Below the pieces are notes generated by a model, which was not told the origin of the DNA, made no database searches, and saw only the letters and a program-made list of their open reading frames with translations. Of a DNA stretch of 64,000 nucleotides, positions 28,383 to 36,893 are shown one piece after another; within the stretch, counting starts at the first letter, position 1; each line of letters begins with the position of its first letter. The translations under genes and the position numbers were made by a program. Source of the stretch: a virus; IMG/VR virus record IMGVR_UViG_3300046534_001374, positions 1 through 64,000 of that record. One strand, written 5' to 3'.

Positions 28383-28760
28383 TTAAGCTCGTTGCAAAAT
28401 CTCGATATTTTTGGCCCATTCATCAGGACGGTGCATACCCGCATTACCACCATACGAAGGTCCACTCTTATAGACATCAAAACTAATAATATCGCCAATA
28501 TCAGGGAATACGTCCCCCAATATTGGTAAATTACCCGTCAACCCTACGACAGAAATAAACCACCTATCTCTTGCCATTTGCATATCTTCAACCTTAACAC
28601 CTTCATAAGATGGTTCATCTCCAATAAATGATGATGGTTTGGCGCGTGAAACCTTTTTAAGTGGCGGAAAAGGTCCAATATCAAGTGACGGTCTTTGTGG
28701 TGGACCAGCTTCAGTAATATGCGTCGTTATCGTCGATAATAGTTTGTCGAATTGTTTCAT
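28383..28760 (-). CDS. Hypothetical protein, putative internal head protein
   Basis: Start reassigned to MKQFDKLLSTITTHITE at 28760; the longer ORF call runs through the ncRNA. Confidence 0.6.
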   Translation of the reverse strand: MKQFDKLLSTITTHITEAGPPQRPSLDIGPFPPLKKVSRAKPSSFIGDEPSYEGVKVEDMQMARDRWFISVVGLTGNLPILGDVFPDIGDIISFDVYKSGPSYGGNAGMHRPDEWAKNIEILQRA

Positions 28761-28791
28761 ACTTATATACTTATATATTTGATGTTGTAAA

Positions 28792-28839
28792 AGCGTCCGT
28801 CCTGCCCGAAGGGGGATCACGAATTTTAATCTCAACGCT
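28792..28839 (-). ncRNA. Conserved post-attenuator structured RNA, copy 2
   Basis: AGCGTT-GAGATTAAAATTC-GTGAT-CCCCC-TTCG-GGCAGG-ACG-GACGCT. Confidence 0.85.
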
Positions 28840-28847
28840 ACTAAACC

Positions 28848-28913
28848 AAAAAAGCCTTACTCGTTAAAGTAAGGCAAATTCAATCTTAGATTCTAAAACA
28901 AATATTACCTTAC
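28848..28913 (-). promoter_or_regulatory. Attenuator 2: antiterminator overlapping an intrinsic terminator
   Basis: Terminator GCCTTACT/AGTAAGGC plus T run; competing GTAAGGTAA/TTGCCTTAC helix begins at the leader stop codon. Confidence 0.88.
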
Positions 28914-28984
28914 GGAAGAGTGGTATCCTCTCCGTGTTCTACTACGACTGTTGTGCCGTGGTTGAAGTTAGTAACGTTGTTCAT
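28910..28984 (-). CDS. Leader peptide 2, MNNVTNFNHGTTVVVEHGEDTTLP
   Basis: Manual translation; 14 consecutive His/Gly/Thr/Val/Glu/Asp codons; promoter TTGATT-16-TATAAATA upstream. Confidence 0.88.
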   Translation of the reverse strand: MNNVTNFNHGTTVVVEHGEDTTLP

Positions 28985-29039
28985 GTTTTTATTTATAGCA
29001 GGTCTTGATAAGAAATCAAGAACTTTGTTGATTTATTTT

Positions 29040-29115
29040 TGGCACACCCTGAAGAACTCGAATCTTCAACCTTCACGTTCGAAGCGTGGTGCTCTTCCAA
29101 TTGAGCTAAGGATGC
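29040..29115 (-). tRNA. tRNA-Arg(TCG)
   Basis: Loop CT-TCG-AA; CCA. Confidence 0.9.
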
Positions 29116-29119
29116 GTTT

Positions 29120-29203
29120 TGGTGGACCACAAGAGAATCGAACTCTTTTAACTTTAATGCTATCTTGCAAGGATAGTGCAACACCCATGTTACCATGCAG
29201 CCC
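29120..29203 (-). tRNA. tRNA-Ala(TGC) with extended variable region
   Basis: CTATC-CTTGCAA-GATAG arm; G3:U70; CCA. Confidence 0.85.
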
Positions 29204-29214
29204 TTTGATGTTTT

Positions 29215-29244
29215 TATTTATAGCAAACTACACCAATTTGTCAA
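29215..29244 (-). promoter_or_regulatory. Promoter for the Ala/Arg(TCG) tRNA pair
   Basis: TTGACA-N13-TGC-TATAAATA, same layout as the three leader promoters. Confidence 0.75.
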
Positions 29245-29247
29245 CTT

Positions 29248-29505
29248 TTATTCTTCCAATTTAGGTAGACCTAGCATCCTTCGAAATACTCCAGTATCAC
29301 CCTCCTTAGATTTCAGTCCAAGAGATACCGAGTTACCAACACATTTTCCGCCTTCAATGAATCCTGCGGAAACAGGAGATCTCCTAGTATCATCCCATTG
29401 GTTTATAACCATCGGTCCTCTTGCGGCATTCACATGCGCGATATCTGGTGAAAAGATGATGATAGTGTTATCATCAAATCTCACATATTTGTTACATCCA
29501 TACAT
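29248..29505 (-). CDS. Hypothetical protein
   Basis: 85-aa ORF with IIFS...H...VSAGF...GNSVSLGL pattern. Confidence 0.65.
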   Translation of the reverse strand: MYGCNKYVRFDDNTIIIFSPDIAHVNAARGPMVINQWDDTRRSPVSAGFIEGGKCVGNSVSLGLKSKEGDTGVFRRMLGLPKLEE

Positions 29506-29762
29506 AATATTATTTTGATTTGTTTTCTAGTTTATTGATGCGTGATTCGGTCTTAATATAAAATCTTCTTAAGAGTTCAGTATCGACTTCGAATTGCACT
29601 TTTTCTTGCACCTCGTTCTTTATAGCGGACTCTACATACTCTACCAACAAACCAAGCAGACGTGTAGTAGACGTGTCTCCTGATTCTTTTTCCAATTCAG
29701 CTTGCGCGTCTTTAATTACCTCTAATGTAGGTTTATATTCGTCTATAATTTCATGTATCATA

Positions 29763-29839
29763 TGGCACACCCAATAGGACTCGAACCTATAACCCTCGCT
29801 TTAGAAAAACGATGCTCTATCCATTTGAGCTATGGGTGC
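29763..29839 (-). tRNA. tRNA-Arg(TCT)
   Basis: Loop TT-TCT-AA; CCA. Confidence 0.92.
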
Positions 29840-29849
29840 GTGTTAGAGT

Positions 29850-30452
29850 TTACTTAAAGGTAACCTTGTATTCTGAAAGGTTCTCTGAAGGAGTTACGAC
29901 GAGATCACTCTGGCTATTAATATCCTTCAGGATAGCCTTGCAAGTGACACCTTTTTGCTTGAGGCGACTTTGGATGCTCTTCAAAGAAGCCGTGCCTTTA
30001 TTCCGCAAGTAGTTACGAACACGAAGTAGGTTATCCGTAGTGGATGAACCAGAGACCTTAGTGGGATTAGTTTTAAGTCCTGCGAACGGGTTGGAGTTAG
30101 GTGTCACTACCCTTGTGAATGGGTTGTTAGGTGAAGGTTTCTGAACTGCGGTAATCACCGGAATATCAGCACCGACATAAACCTGATAAGTGGTTTTATG
30201 GGTTTCATCATAATGATCCCGATTAAATCGGATTTGGAGTTCACTATCATTCAAGAGTTGTTCAAAAGTTTCTCGAACTTCATGATGCCATAGATTAGTT
30301 CCGGCTACATCGCTCAATTCATATTTGAGGTTATTAACATCGCCACGAATAATCGAGGTGATTGTGAATTTACTGAATTCACCGCCATTATCGGTGAAGA
30401 ACTTCACGGTTTGTTTAATGGCTTCTTTTAGCGTCAATTGGGCTGTTTTCAT
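29850..30452 (-). CDS. Hypothetical protein
   Basis: 200-aa ORF with upstream TTGACA promoter-like sequence. Confidence 0.7.
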   Translation of the reverse strand: MKTAQLTLKEAIKQTVKFFTDNGGEFSKFTITSIIRGDVNNLKYELSDVAGTNLWHHEVRETFEQLLNDSELQIRFNRDHYDETHKTTYQVYVGADIPVITAVQKPSPNNPFTRVVTPNSNPFAGLKTNPTKVSGSSTTDNLLRVRNYLRNKGTASLKSIQSRLKQKGVTCKAILKDINSQSDLVVTPSENLSEYKVTFK

Positions 30453-30674
30453 CGTGGTTTTACTTTAACTTGGTTTGGGTTATTTGTCAAGAATTTATTT
30501 TACGTTTATTTAGGCCATTTGTAGCAGGACGTTTAGAACTGCCATTTGGGTGGGATTTATCCTATCATCTTTGATCCACTGAAAAATATTATTTAACCGT
30601 TCTTTGTAAGGTTTGGTTTTGTCAAGAACCTTAGCTTTCATAAGGTCGTATTGGTAATCATCGGCTTTCATAGG

Positions 30675-30929
30675 TTATTTCCTGTATTTGAGAATTAAAA
30701 AGAGGTTCAGAGAGTTGATCGTCCATGATGCTGCGTAGTTGAAATACAGCCAAAAGTTGTAAGGTATTGAGTATACAGTGTATACGATTGCCAGAATAAA
30801 GGCTAGGTTGCTCAGAACGTAAGTCCCGATGGACACACTCTCTGAATTCTTGGTTTTAATTAATTGTAATGTCTGCGGAATCCCGCAGACAACAAAAAGT
30901 AAACAATAAATAAATCCTAAATATTCCAT
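30675..30929 (-). CDS. PQ-loop/SemiSWEET-family membrane protein
   Basis: GIPQ...KTKNSESVS motif; three hydrophobic helices. Confidence 0.85.
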   Translation of the reverse strand: MEYLGFIYCLLFVVCGIPQTLQLIKTKNSESVSIGTYVLSNLAFILAIVYTVYSIPYNFWLYFNYAASWTINSLNLFLILKYRK

Positions 30930-31008
30930 ACGACTACAAACTCTCCTAAATATGTTGCTGATGACATGCGGGTAACTTACTCCGAAAAGGGTTTAGTGTC
31001 AAGGAAAT

Positions 31009-32259
31009 TTAAACAGAACATTCGATTAAGTATCGAATATTAACTTGCGCGTTGTCATAAACAATAAATTCATCATTATGTAGACCAGTATTTCTAGCTA
31101 GTGCTGTGATGCTGTCAAATCCTCTTGGTGGTGATCCTGTTCCTCTTGCGAGATTGGTTTTACCCATTGCGAAATCACACACGAAGAGCCAAGCTCCATC
31201 ATTAGATGCGCCTTGCCCCCATCGTCCGAGACTGTATCCCAGACTTTTAGATGAACAGTTTGCGCCATAAACTCCATTACCAAACATCTTACCAGCAATC
31301 CTAGCAGAAGAAGGTGGTGCGATAGAGAGACCTGATTTAAAAATTGAAAGGCAATTCGCAATTCCAGTTCCGTGGTAATATTGTTCCACATTTCCCCAAC
31401 CTTTATTGTCGAAGGACTTATCCATCTCACCTAAAGTTACTTCATAAATATTAGCAACTTTAACATTACCATAATGATGCATAGACTTTTTGGTTTTATT
31501 GAATTCGTCTTCCAACCTTTTATAAATCGATTTATCTGTGAGAGGTTCTACCGAAACATCAAATACCTTTTCTTCAGGCTCATCATTTCCTTTGTCATCC
31601 TTTTTGGTGGTCGCAGATTTAACGCTAACCTCTAAAGAATCTAGGAGAGCTTTCTGTTTCTTAATTCCGTCTAGATTTGCGAAATTAGAATCTACAAAAC
31701 TCTGAACTTTTCTCCCTACATTCTGAGGAACGATTTCGAGGAAATTGCAAGCGTAATTATAGAATGTTTTACAACTCTTATCTTTAAGAACAAACATCTT
31801 ATCCAGAAGTTCACTTGCTTCAATAAGGCCATCGCCAGTTACAATACCGAGAGGTGTTTGAAACAACCCACTGGAGGAGTTGAAGGTAATTTGAGTGTTG
31901 GCTGTAATCTGGTGGATATTGGCTTTAGACAAACGCGAAATAAGCTTCTCAGCGAGCGTTGAGGAAGTTTTGATTTGATTCCTTGCGAGTTCATGAACAG
32001 AACCCGAAGGGACGTTAGAAACGCTTACAGACTCAGAGAGGGTCTTTGTTCTAACGTAACCCTTCTTCTCTTTGGATTTAATTTTAGATCTTAGCTTACT
32101 TTCGCCTTGCCACGATCCTTTTTGTGGATTGGCATTTCCGACTCTGCCCCAACGAGCATCCCAGTGACCATCTTCATAGAGATCCACTTCATAAAATTTA
32201 TTATTGTTAGCGACGATGGTGACGCAGATCAATCTGACTGTTTCTTTAATTTTGGACAT
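31009..32259 (-). CDS. WGR-domain PARP-like ADP-ribosyltransferase
   Basis: NNKFY...WGRVG (WGR); catalytic H-Y-E triad in YHGT, GKMFGNGVY...KSLGY and NDEFIVY. Confidence 0.92.
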   Translation of the reverse strand: MSKIKETVRLICVTIVANNNKFYEVDLYEDGHWDARWGRVGNANPQKGSWQGESKLRSKIKSKEKKGYVRTKTLSESVSVSNVPSGSVHELARNQIKTSSTLAEKLISRLSKANIHQITANTQITFNSSSGLFQTPLGIVTGDGLIEASELLDKMFVLKDKSCKTFYNYACNFLEIVPQNVGRKVQSFVDSNFANLDGIKKQKALLDSLEVSVKSATTKKDDKGNDEPEEKVFDVSVEPLTDKSIYKRLEDEFNKTKKSMHHYGNVKVANIYEVTLGEMDKSFDNKGWGNVEQYYHGTGIANCLSIFKSGLSIAPPSSARIAGKMFGNGVYGANCSSKSLGYSLGRWGQGASNDGAWLFVCDFAMGKTNLARGTGSPPRGFDSITALARNTGLHNDEFIVYDNAQVNIRYLIECSV

Positions 32260-32546
32260 GGTTTAAATTAATTGAATAGGTTTGTCGAATCGTTTCAAAA
32301 TGTCAATGGCAGCACAGAGGCATCTCATTTCATGCTCCATACATACAACACGATCAAAGTGTTTATGGCCGACTTTTACGTCATCTTTTTTAAGCTCCTC
32401 CTCATTTAGGATAATAAAATCCAGCCGCAATTGCTTTTTCTCATAATCTTCTTGCAATCTTGCGATTGGGTTGGTGAGGCATAAAGGATCTGTAGTAGCA
32501 TCCTTAAATTGTTTAAGATCTATTTCGATAATGTCTGACATAAGTG

Positions 32547-32837
32547 TTACTCCTTTTTGTGTCCGCATGTTTTTATGATAAGCTTTTCTATTACTTTGTC
32601 AAGATGTTTTTGGCAGAATTCTTGAACCCTTTTCAAGTCGCGATGGGTATGGATATAATCCTCTGAATCTTTAAACTTAAAACATCCTCGCCAACCATAT
32701 TCAGTTGGCTTGATTGAGTAACTACTTTTTTCAAGCCAGTCTTGTTCACAGAAATATTCAACAACTTCCTCGGTTGTTTGTCCGTCTCCATTATCATCGA
32801 TTGTTTTGGTTGGTTTTTTAAATTCTTTCCAGTTCAT
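32547..32837 (-). CDS. Hypothetical protein
   Basis: 96-aa ORF with upstream promoter-like sequence. Confidence 0.6.
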   Translation of the reverse strand: MNWKEFKKPTKTIDDNGDGQTTEEVVEYFCEQDWLEKSSYSIKPTEYGWRGCFKFKDSEDYIHTHRDLKRVQEFCQKHLDKVIEKLIIKTCGHKKE

Positions 32838-32930
32838 TTAAATTAAAATACCCTAATTTGACACGTCTGTCAAGCTCACATGTTAATTCATGTTCTCAAT
32901 TTGAGCATCGTTGAGAGGCTTTAGGGGTTT

Positions 32931-33016
32931 TGGCAGAGCATAATGGAATTGAACCATGAACCTTTTAAAGTCCCCATAGTTTAGCAAACTACTTCGCCAC
33001 CTCGACGGTATGCTCT
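32931..33016 (-). tRNA. tRNA-Ser(GCT)
   Basis: GTAGT-TTGCTAA-ACTAT arm, variable arm, G73, CCA. Confidence 0.85.
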
Positions 33017-33041
33017 TAAGGCGGGGAAGGCAAACTAAAAA

Positions 33042-33764
33042 TTATTTGCTATTCTCCTCAGATTTAGTTCGTTCTGTCAACAATTCAACTTTCGCCGTTA
33101 GTGTTGCTATTTTTTCTGCAATAACTACGGAATTCTCAACGTCTAAATTTTGTTGTATCTTGGCGAGATCTTGGTTTGCGGCATTCCACTCATCCCGTAT
33201 ATTACGGCTACCTTGTTCCTTGGTGTGTTCCAGCGCAAATAAATTCAGCCGTTCTAAGCTTCTTCTGAGGCTATCAACTTGATCCTTAAACATATCCCCT
33301 ATTTCTTCCTGATTCCTGTGCAATGATACGAGATCATGCTCGACGCCAACTAAACGTGACAATGTATTCGGGTGGCCGTCTAGGATGACATGTTTTTGTA
33401 TTTCTTCTTGTAAGGGCGAAACTAATAAAACAACTGCTGCCCAAAAAGCCGCAACAGCAACAACCCCTGCGGTGATAACTAAACTAACAACCGAGACCAA
33501 CATGCCCGCACCAATCTTGGTAGGCGCGGAATTCCTTTCAGAAAGAACGTCTTTAATATCCCTAAAACCTTCTGCTTGATGTTGTTGTAATAAAGTTTGT
33601 CCTATATTTAGGGATTTGATATCACCTTTAACTTCACTTATTGCAGATTGAAATTCGACCTGCAATCCACTGATATTTTTCTTAACACCCGCAATTTCGG
33701 AATCTACTTTCTGGAATCTCTCCGAAGTGTCGCTTGGTGTAGATTTTCTCGGGGCTGTGGGCAT
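33042..33764 (-). CDS. Coiled-coil membrane protein
   Basis: Central ~30-aa hydrophobic segment flanked by heptad regions; late-type motif upstream. Confidence 0.65.
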   Translation of the reverse strand: MPTAPRKSTPSDTSERFQKVDSEIAGVKKNISGLQVEFQSAISEVKGDIKSLNIGQTLLQQHQAEGFRDIKDVLSERNSAPTKIGAGMLVSVVSLVITAGVVAVAAFWAAVVLLVSPLQEEIQKHVILDGHPNTLSRLVGVEHDLVSLHRNQEEIGDMFKDQVDSLRRSLERLNLFALEHTKEQGSRNIRDEWNAANQDLAKIQQNLDVENSVVIAEKIATLTAKVELLTERTKSEENSK

Positions 33765-33800
33765 GTATGTATTTATTTAAAATATACATCCGTTTAACCG

Positions 33801-33837
33801 TTTAGCGGGTATTATATAAAATATAATACCCGCTAAA
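33801..33837. terminator. Perfect inverted repeat / bidirectional terminator
   Basis: TTTAGCGGGTATTATAT-AAA-ATATAATACCCGCTAAA. Confidence 0.7.
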
Positions 33838-33950
33838 AATAACTAATTATACGTTACAGCCAGTATAGGTTTCGCTAATCTACCGATGGCGACAAAACGG
33901 CTTTTTCTAGTGGGTTCGCCTAGATCGGGACAACCTACTTCTAAGGTTTC

Positions 33951-34649
33951 TTATTTTGGGGAGTTTTGTTTCTCCAAATATGCACCATAAAGTTTATACA
34001 AATTGGGGCTTCTACCCTTTTCTGTCGAAACCAGACCGACAACTACTTGTCGATCATTTTGAATTTGTGTAAGTTTCTTCCCAGAATCACCACTAACAAA
34101 TCGTGTATCTTTAGTAGTGGACAGTCTAATTATATTTCCGCTCGTAACAGTCACATAATAACCCCGCCAAGGTCTGTCGGCAAATCTCTGTGCGGTTGTC
34201 GGGGTGTCGGGTAGCGCCTTCCCTATGGGCATTACTGAGTGGATTGATGTGTCCAGAGGTTCGTCGAAGGTTAGTATAGCTAGATCATAGCCTAAATCTT
34301 CCTTTGTAATAATATGCCTATAAGTGGTCACACCACCCCTACCGTCGAATCTAACACGTTGATTGGTTTTGATCGGCCAATGAGCGACGTGTAAAGATTG
34401 TTTAGGATTTACTAAAACCCCACCCAACTGAACTATATCTCCGGTAGTGTCAATATCGGGGATAAGTTCGGATTCGGTTGGAGCCTTGCTTTCTTTAAAA
34501 AGTTTATATAAACCAGCACCAATACCCAAACTAACAACACCTAATACACTGTATTTTGTTTTTTGTTCCGTGGTTAAAGGTTCTGAGGGACTACTCCCAC
34601 ACGAAGCCAACATTAATAAACACATAGCGTAAGAAAGTAATCTTTTCAT
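33951..34649 (-). CDS. Lipoprotein with trypsin-like serine protease domain
   Basis: Lipobox LASC; catalytic VAHW, DLAIL and GDSG motifs. Confidence 0.75.
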   Translation of the reverse strand: MKRLLSYAMCLLMLASCGSSPSEPLTTEQKTKYSVLGVVSLGIGAGLYKLFKESKAPTESELIPDIDTTGDIVQLGGVLVNPKQSLHVAHWPIKTNQRVRFDGRGGVTTYRHIITKEDLGYDLAILTFDEPLDTSIHSVMPIGKALPDTPTTAQRFADRPWRGYYVTVTSGNIIRLSTTKDTRFVSGDSGKKLTQIQNDRQVVVGLVSTEKGRSPNLYKLYGAYLEKQNSPK

Positions 34650-34769
34650 AATTGTATTTATGTGTGTTAATCCGAAATTTCTCATTTTTCTAGATATGCA
34701 ACATCCAGTTCTTTTTCATGGAATACGCCGTTGAGGTCTTGGTATTCTACATTTAAACCTGAATACCCG

Positions 34770-34865
34770 TATAAAGTTTCTGATAAAACTATCGCAAACT
34801 GGTGTAAAAGTTATGAACTCAAAAAGCCAACCAGAGGTTTTTGGGTCAAAGAAAATAATTCGTAG
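34770..34865 (+). pseudogene. Homing-endonuclease HTH remnant
   Basis: Frame reads YKVSDKTIANWCKSYELKKPTRGFW*; antisense to the tRNAs. Confidence 0.55.
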
Positions 34866-34866
34866 T

Positions 34867-34975
34867 CGGTGCGCCCAATCAGATTCGAACTGATAACCTA
34901 GCCTTTATCCACGTAACACACTAAGATCAGTATGTTACGAAAGAGAAGCTTACTCTACCCTTGAGTTATAAGCGC
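34867..34975 (-). tRNA. tRNA-Ile(GAT) interrupted by a 34-nt hairpin insertion
   Basis: Removing 34910..34943 restores AGCTT-CTGATAA-AGGCT. Confidence 0.75.
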
Positions 34976-34982
34976 ATATTAT

Positions 34983-35073
34983 TGGCACAAGCAATAGGAT
35001 TCGAACCTACATAGTGTATTTCCAGTTACGGTATTTATTCACACTGCTTAGAAGGTAGGACCGATATACTTGC
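34983..35073 (-). tRNA. Rearranged tRNA-Arg(TCT)-like RNA lacking a normal D arm
   Basis: Acceptor stem, CT-TCT-AA loop only 12 nt after the acceptor 5' strand, long variable region containing ACCGTAACTGGA, T arm, CCA. Confidence 0.65.
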
Positions 35074-35080
35074 TTAATTT

Positions 35081-35120
35081 GGTATTTTACAGGTCTACCT
35101 GCTTCTGACTATACCTAGCC
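35081..35120 (-). ncRNA. Inter-tRNA pseudoknot element, copy 1
   Basis: GGCT-AGGTAT-AGTC-AGAA-GCAGG-TAGA-CCTGT-AAA-ATACC; second copy at 39829. Confidence 0.7.
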
Positions 35121-35126
35121 AATTTT

Positions 35127-35204
35127 TGATGCGAGAGTTGGAATCGAACCAACGACACAACTATCTTCTCGATAGTTTGCTCTATCCAATTGAGCTATCT
35201 CGCA
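35127..35204 (-). tRNA. tRNA-like RNA with extended anticodon stem, identity undetermined
   Basis: Canonical D and T arms; AACTATC-GAGAA-GATAGTT arm. Confidence 0.6.
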
Positions 35205-35210
35205 AACTGT

Positions 35211-35408
35211 TTACTCGTCCCAATCCGACCAAGCTGTGATGATACAAGTGGGCGAAACGACACCCAATGTATGGATAATCTCCCCTTTGTATGACTCTTC
35301 AAAATCACATTGGAATAATCGATATACATTCACTGCCCAACTGAAGGGGAAGAGGATGTAAAACACGATTATTAGGGTGGTGAGGATGGTTTTATATGTG
35401 GTGTCCAT
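35211..35408 (-). CDS. Small membrane protein
   Basis: N-terminal hydrophobic helix; CDFE..YKGEIIH motif. Confidence 0.65.
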   Translation of the reverse strand: MDTTYKTILTTLIIVFYILFPFSWAVNVYRLFQCDFEESYKGEIIHTLGVVSPTCIITAWSDWDE

Positions 35409-35445
35409 AATGGTATTATACTTTATTTTCTTAATTAATCAAGGA

Positions 35446-35739
35446 TTATTTGAAATATTTTACTGCTCGCTTTTCGAGGGCGTCATACGCCTCCAAAATA
35501 GGTTTCTTTCGTGATTCCAAATCCGGCTTTTCTTCTGAACGAGATTCGCCCAAAGCAAACTTGGCTCGATTAACCGCAATCGCGGTTCCAATTTTACGAT
35601 CAAAGCGATCACTCGAATCTGGATTCACCAAGGAATAACCAAATCCAAATTTACCATCTTGGTTTACCACTACCGCAACCCCAGTTGGGTTGTTATTTGA
35701 ATCTCGGATGAACGTCTTTAATACTGTATTTTCTGACAT
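35446..35739 (-). CDS. Hypothetical protein
   Basis: 97-aa ORF with DRFDRKIG motif. Confidence 0.65.
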   Translation of the reverse strand: MSENTVLKTFIRDSNNNPTGVAVVVNQDGKFGFGYSLVNPDSSDRFDRKIGTAIAVNRAKFALGESRSEEKPDLESRKKPILEAYDALEKRAVKYFK

Positions 35740-35881
35740 GTGAGTATTCTACTTTAGTTTTCGTTTTTTGTCCAGAACTATTTTGAAGAAATTATTTCCT
35801 TGGGGGGATTTTAACCCGCTCTTCTTTTCGAAGTTTCAGCACAGCGGGGTTTTATACCTGCTACGTTTAATGCTAAGGATT

Positions 35882-35958
35882 TGGCCCACCTAGAAGGATT
35901 TGAACCTTCGGCCTCCAAAGTTTCAATTTGGAACTCTACCAGACTGAGTTATAGGTGG
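35882..35958 (-). tRNA. tRNA-Phe(GAA)
   Basis: CCAAA-TTGAAAC-TTTGG arm; CCA. Confidence 0.88.
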
Positions 35959-35984
35959 TTTGTGATTGTTGGTTGTTGTTATTA

Positions 35985-36070
35985 TGGTGCATCAGGCGGG
36001 GGTCGAACCCGCATGCTCTAGGAGCGCGACCGTTTAAGGATCGAATGTATACCAATTCCATCACTGATGC
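35985..36070 (-). tRNA. tRNA-Leu(TAA)
   Basis: Loop CT-TAA-AC, variable arm, A73, CCA. Confidence 0.9.
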
Positions 36071-36072
36071 GT

Positions 36073-36148
36073 TAGTAGTTTCCCCCAGATTCGAACTGAG
36101 AAACATCAGTTATTAACCGACTGCTTTACCTAATTTGCATAGGAAACT
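36073..36148 (-). tRNA. tRNA-Ile(AAT)
   Basis: GTCGG-TTAATAA-CTGAT arm; 3' end A-CTA. Confidence 0.75.
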
Positions 36149-36151
36149 ATT

Positions 36152-36238
36152 TGGTGTGCATAATCGGACTCGAACCGATAAGGGATTACTCCCACTAGAA
36201 CCTAAACCTAGCGCGGTTACCATTTTCGCCACACGCAC
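36152..36238 (-). tRNA. tRNA-Leu(TAG)
   Basis: Loop TT-TAG-GT, variable arm, CCA. Confidence 0.9.
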
Positions 36239-36311
36239 ATACCGTTGTTTTGTCAGACTGGGACAACGAGAAACCCTTTACATATTCATCTACCACTGGT
36301 AGCGAACTAAG

Positions 36312-36893
36312 TTATTTTATAAATTTAATAAGACCTTTCTCCATTAACTCTTGGACTGTGGAAGTATCTTTCTTTTCATATACCGCAAACAACCAAGGCT
36401 TTTCGGTAATTGCCCGTTCTAAATCTGGGTCGTCATTATGTAATGATTGGATTTCGGGGGGTAGATCTCGAAACTCGGTCTTGGTGACATCGTTACGCTT
36501 CTTATAGTAATATTCCCACACTTTACTACTATCTTCTGTATTGGCACCACCAGTATGTCCATACATTAGAGTGGAAGAACCTATTTTATGTTTTTGGTAA
36601 GTTACCAGTTCCATTGCAATGTCGTATCCTAATGCGCCATAACCCTTACCCCTATAATTACCGTATGATCCTGTATGCCCATTCCAAAATCCATCAAATC
36701 TCGACTCCAGCCTCATAGAGAAAACTAAGTCTTTTTTTACTTTATTAAATATATCAAAATCCCACTGCTCCCTATTCGACGAATGTTGGTTCGCCATCCT
36801 AACGAAAATCCGAGTTTTTGGATCACTGTGTAATTCAGACACATCTGCCATACCTTCGGTTAAATCATGTAATAAAGTTTCAAAACGATCCAT
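36312..36893 (-). CDS. GNAT-like protein, putative internal head protein
   Basis: YRGKGYG motif A; N-terminus MDRFETLLHDLTE. Confidence 0.55.
   Translation of the reverse strand: MDRFETLLHDLTEGMADVSELHSDPKTRIFVRMANQHSSNREQWDFDIFNKVKKDLVFSMRLESRFDGFWNGHTGSYGNYRGKGYGALGYDIAMELVTYQKHKIGSSTLMYGHTGGANTEDSSKVWEYYYKKRNDVTKTEFRDLPPEIQSLHNDDPDLERAITEKPWLFAVYEKKDTSTVQELMEKGLIKFIK

Noticed and set aside
29120-29203. tRNA-Cys(GCA)
   Set aside because: The loop register gives TGC, and G3:U70 indicates Ala.
35081-35120. HDV-like (theta) ribozyme at tRNA 3' ends
   Set aside because: The topology resembles P1/P2/P4, but P3/L3, P1.1 and a catalytic C in J4/2 are absent.
36299-36306. TAGCGAAC matching the attC3 R'' core
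   Set aside because: It is only an 8-bp match with no L boxes or attC hairpin nearby, so probably coincidental.
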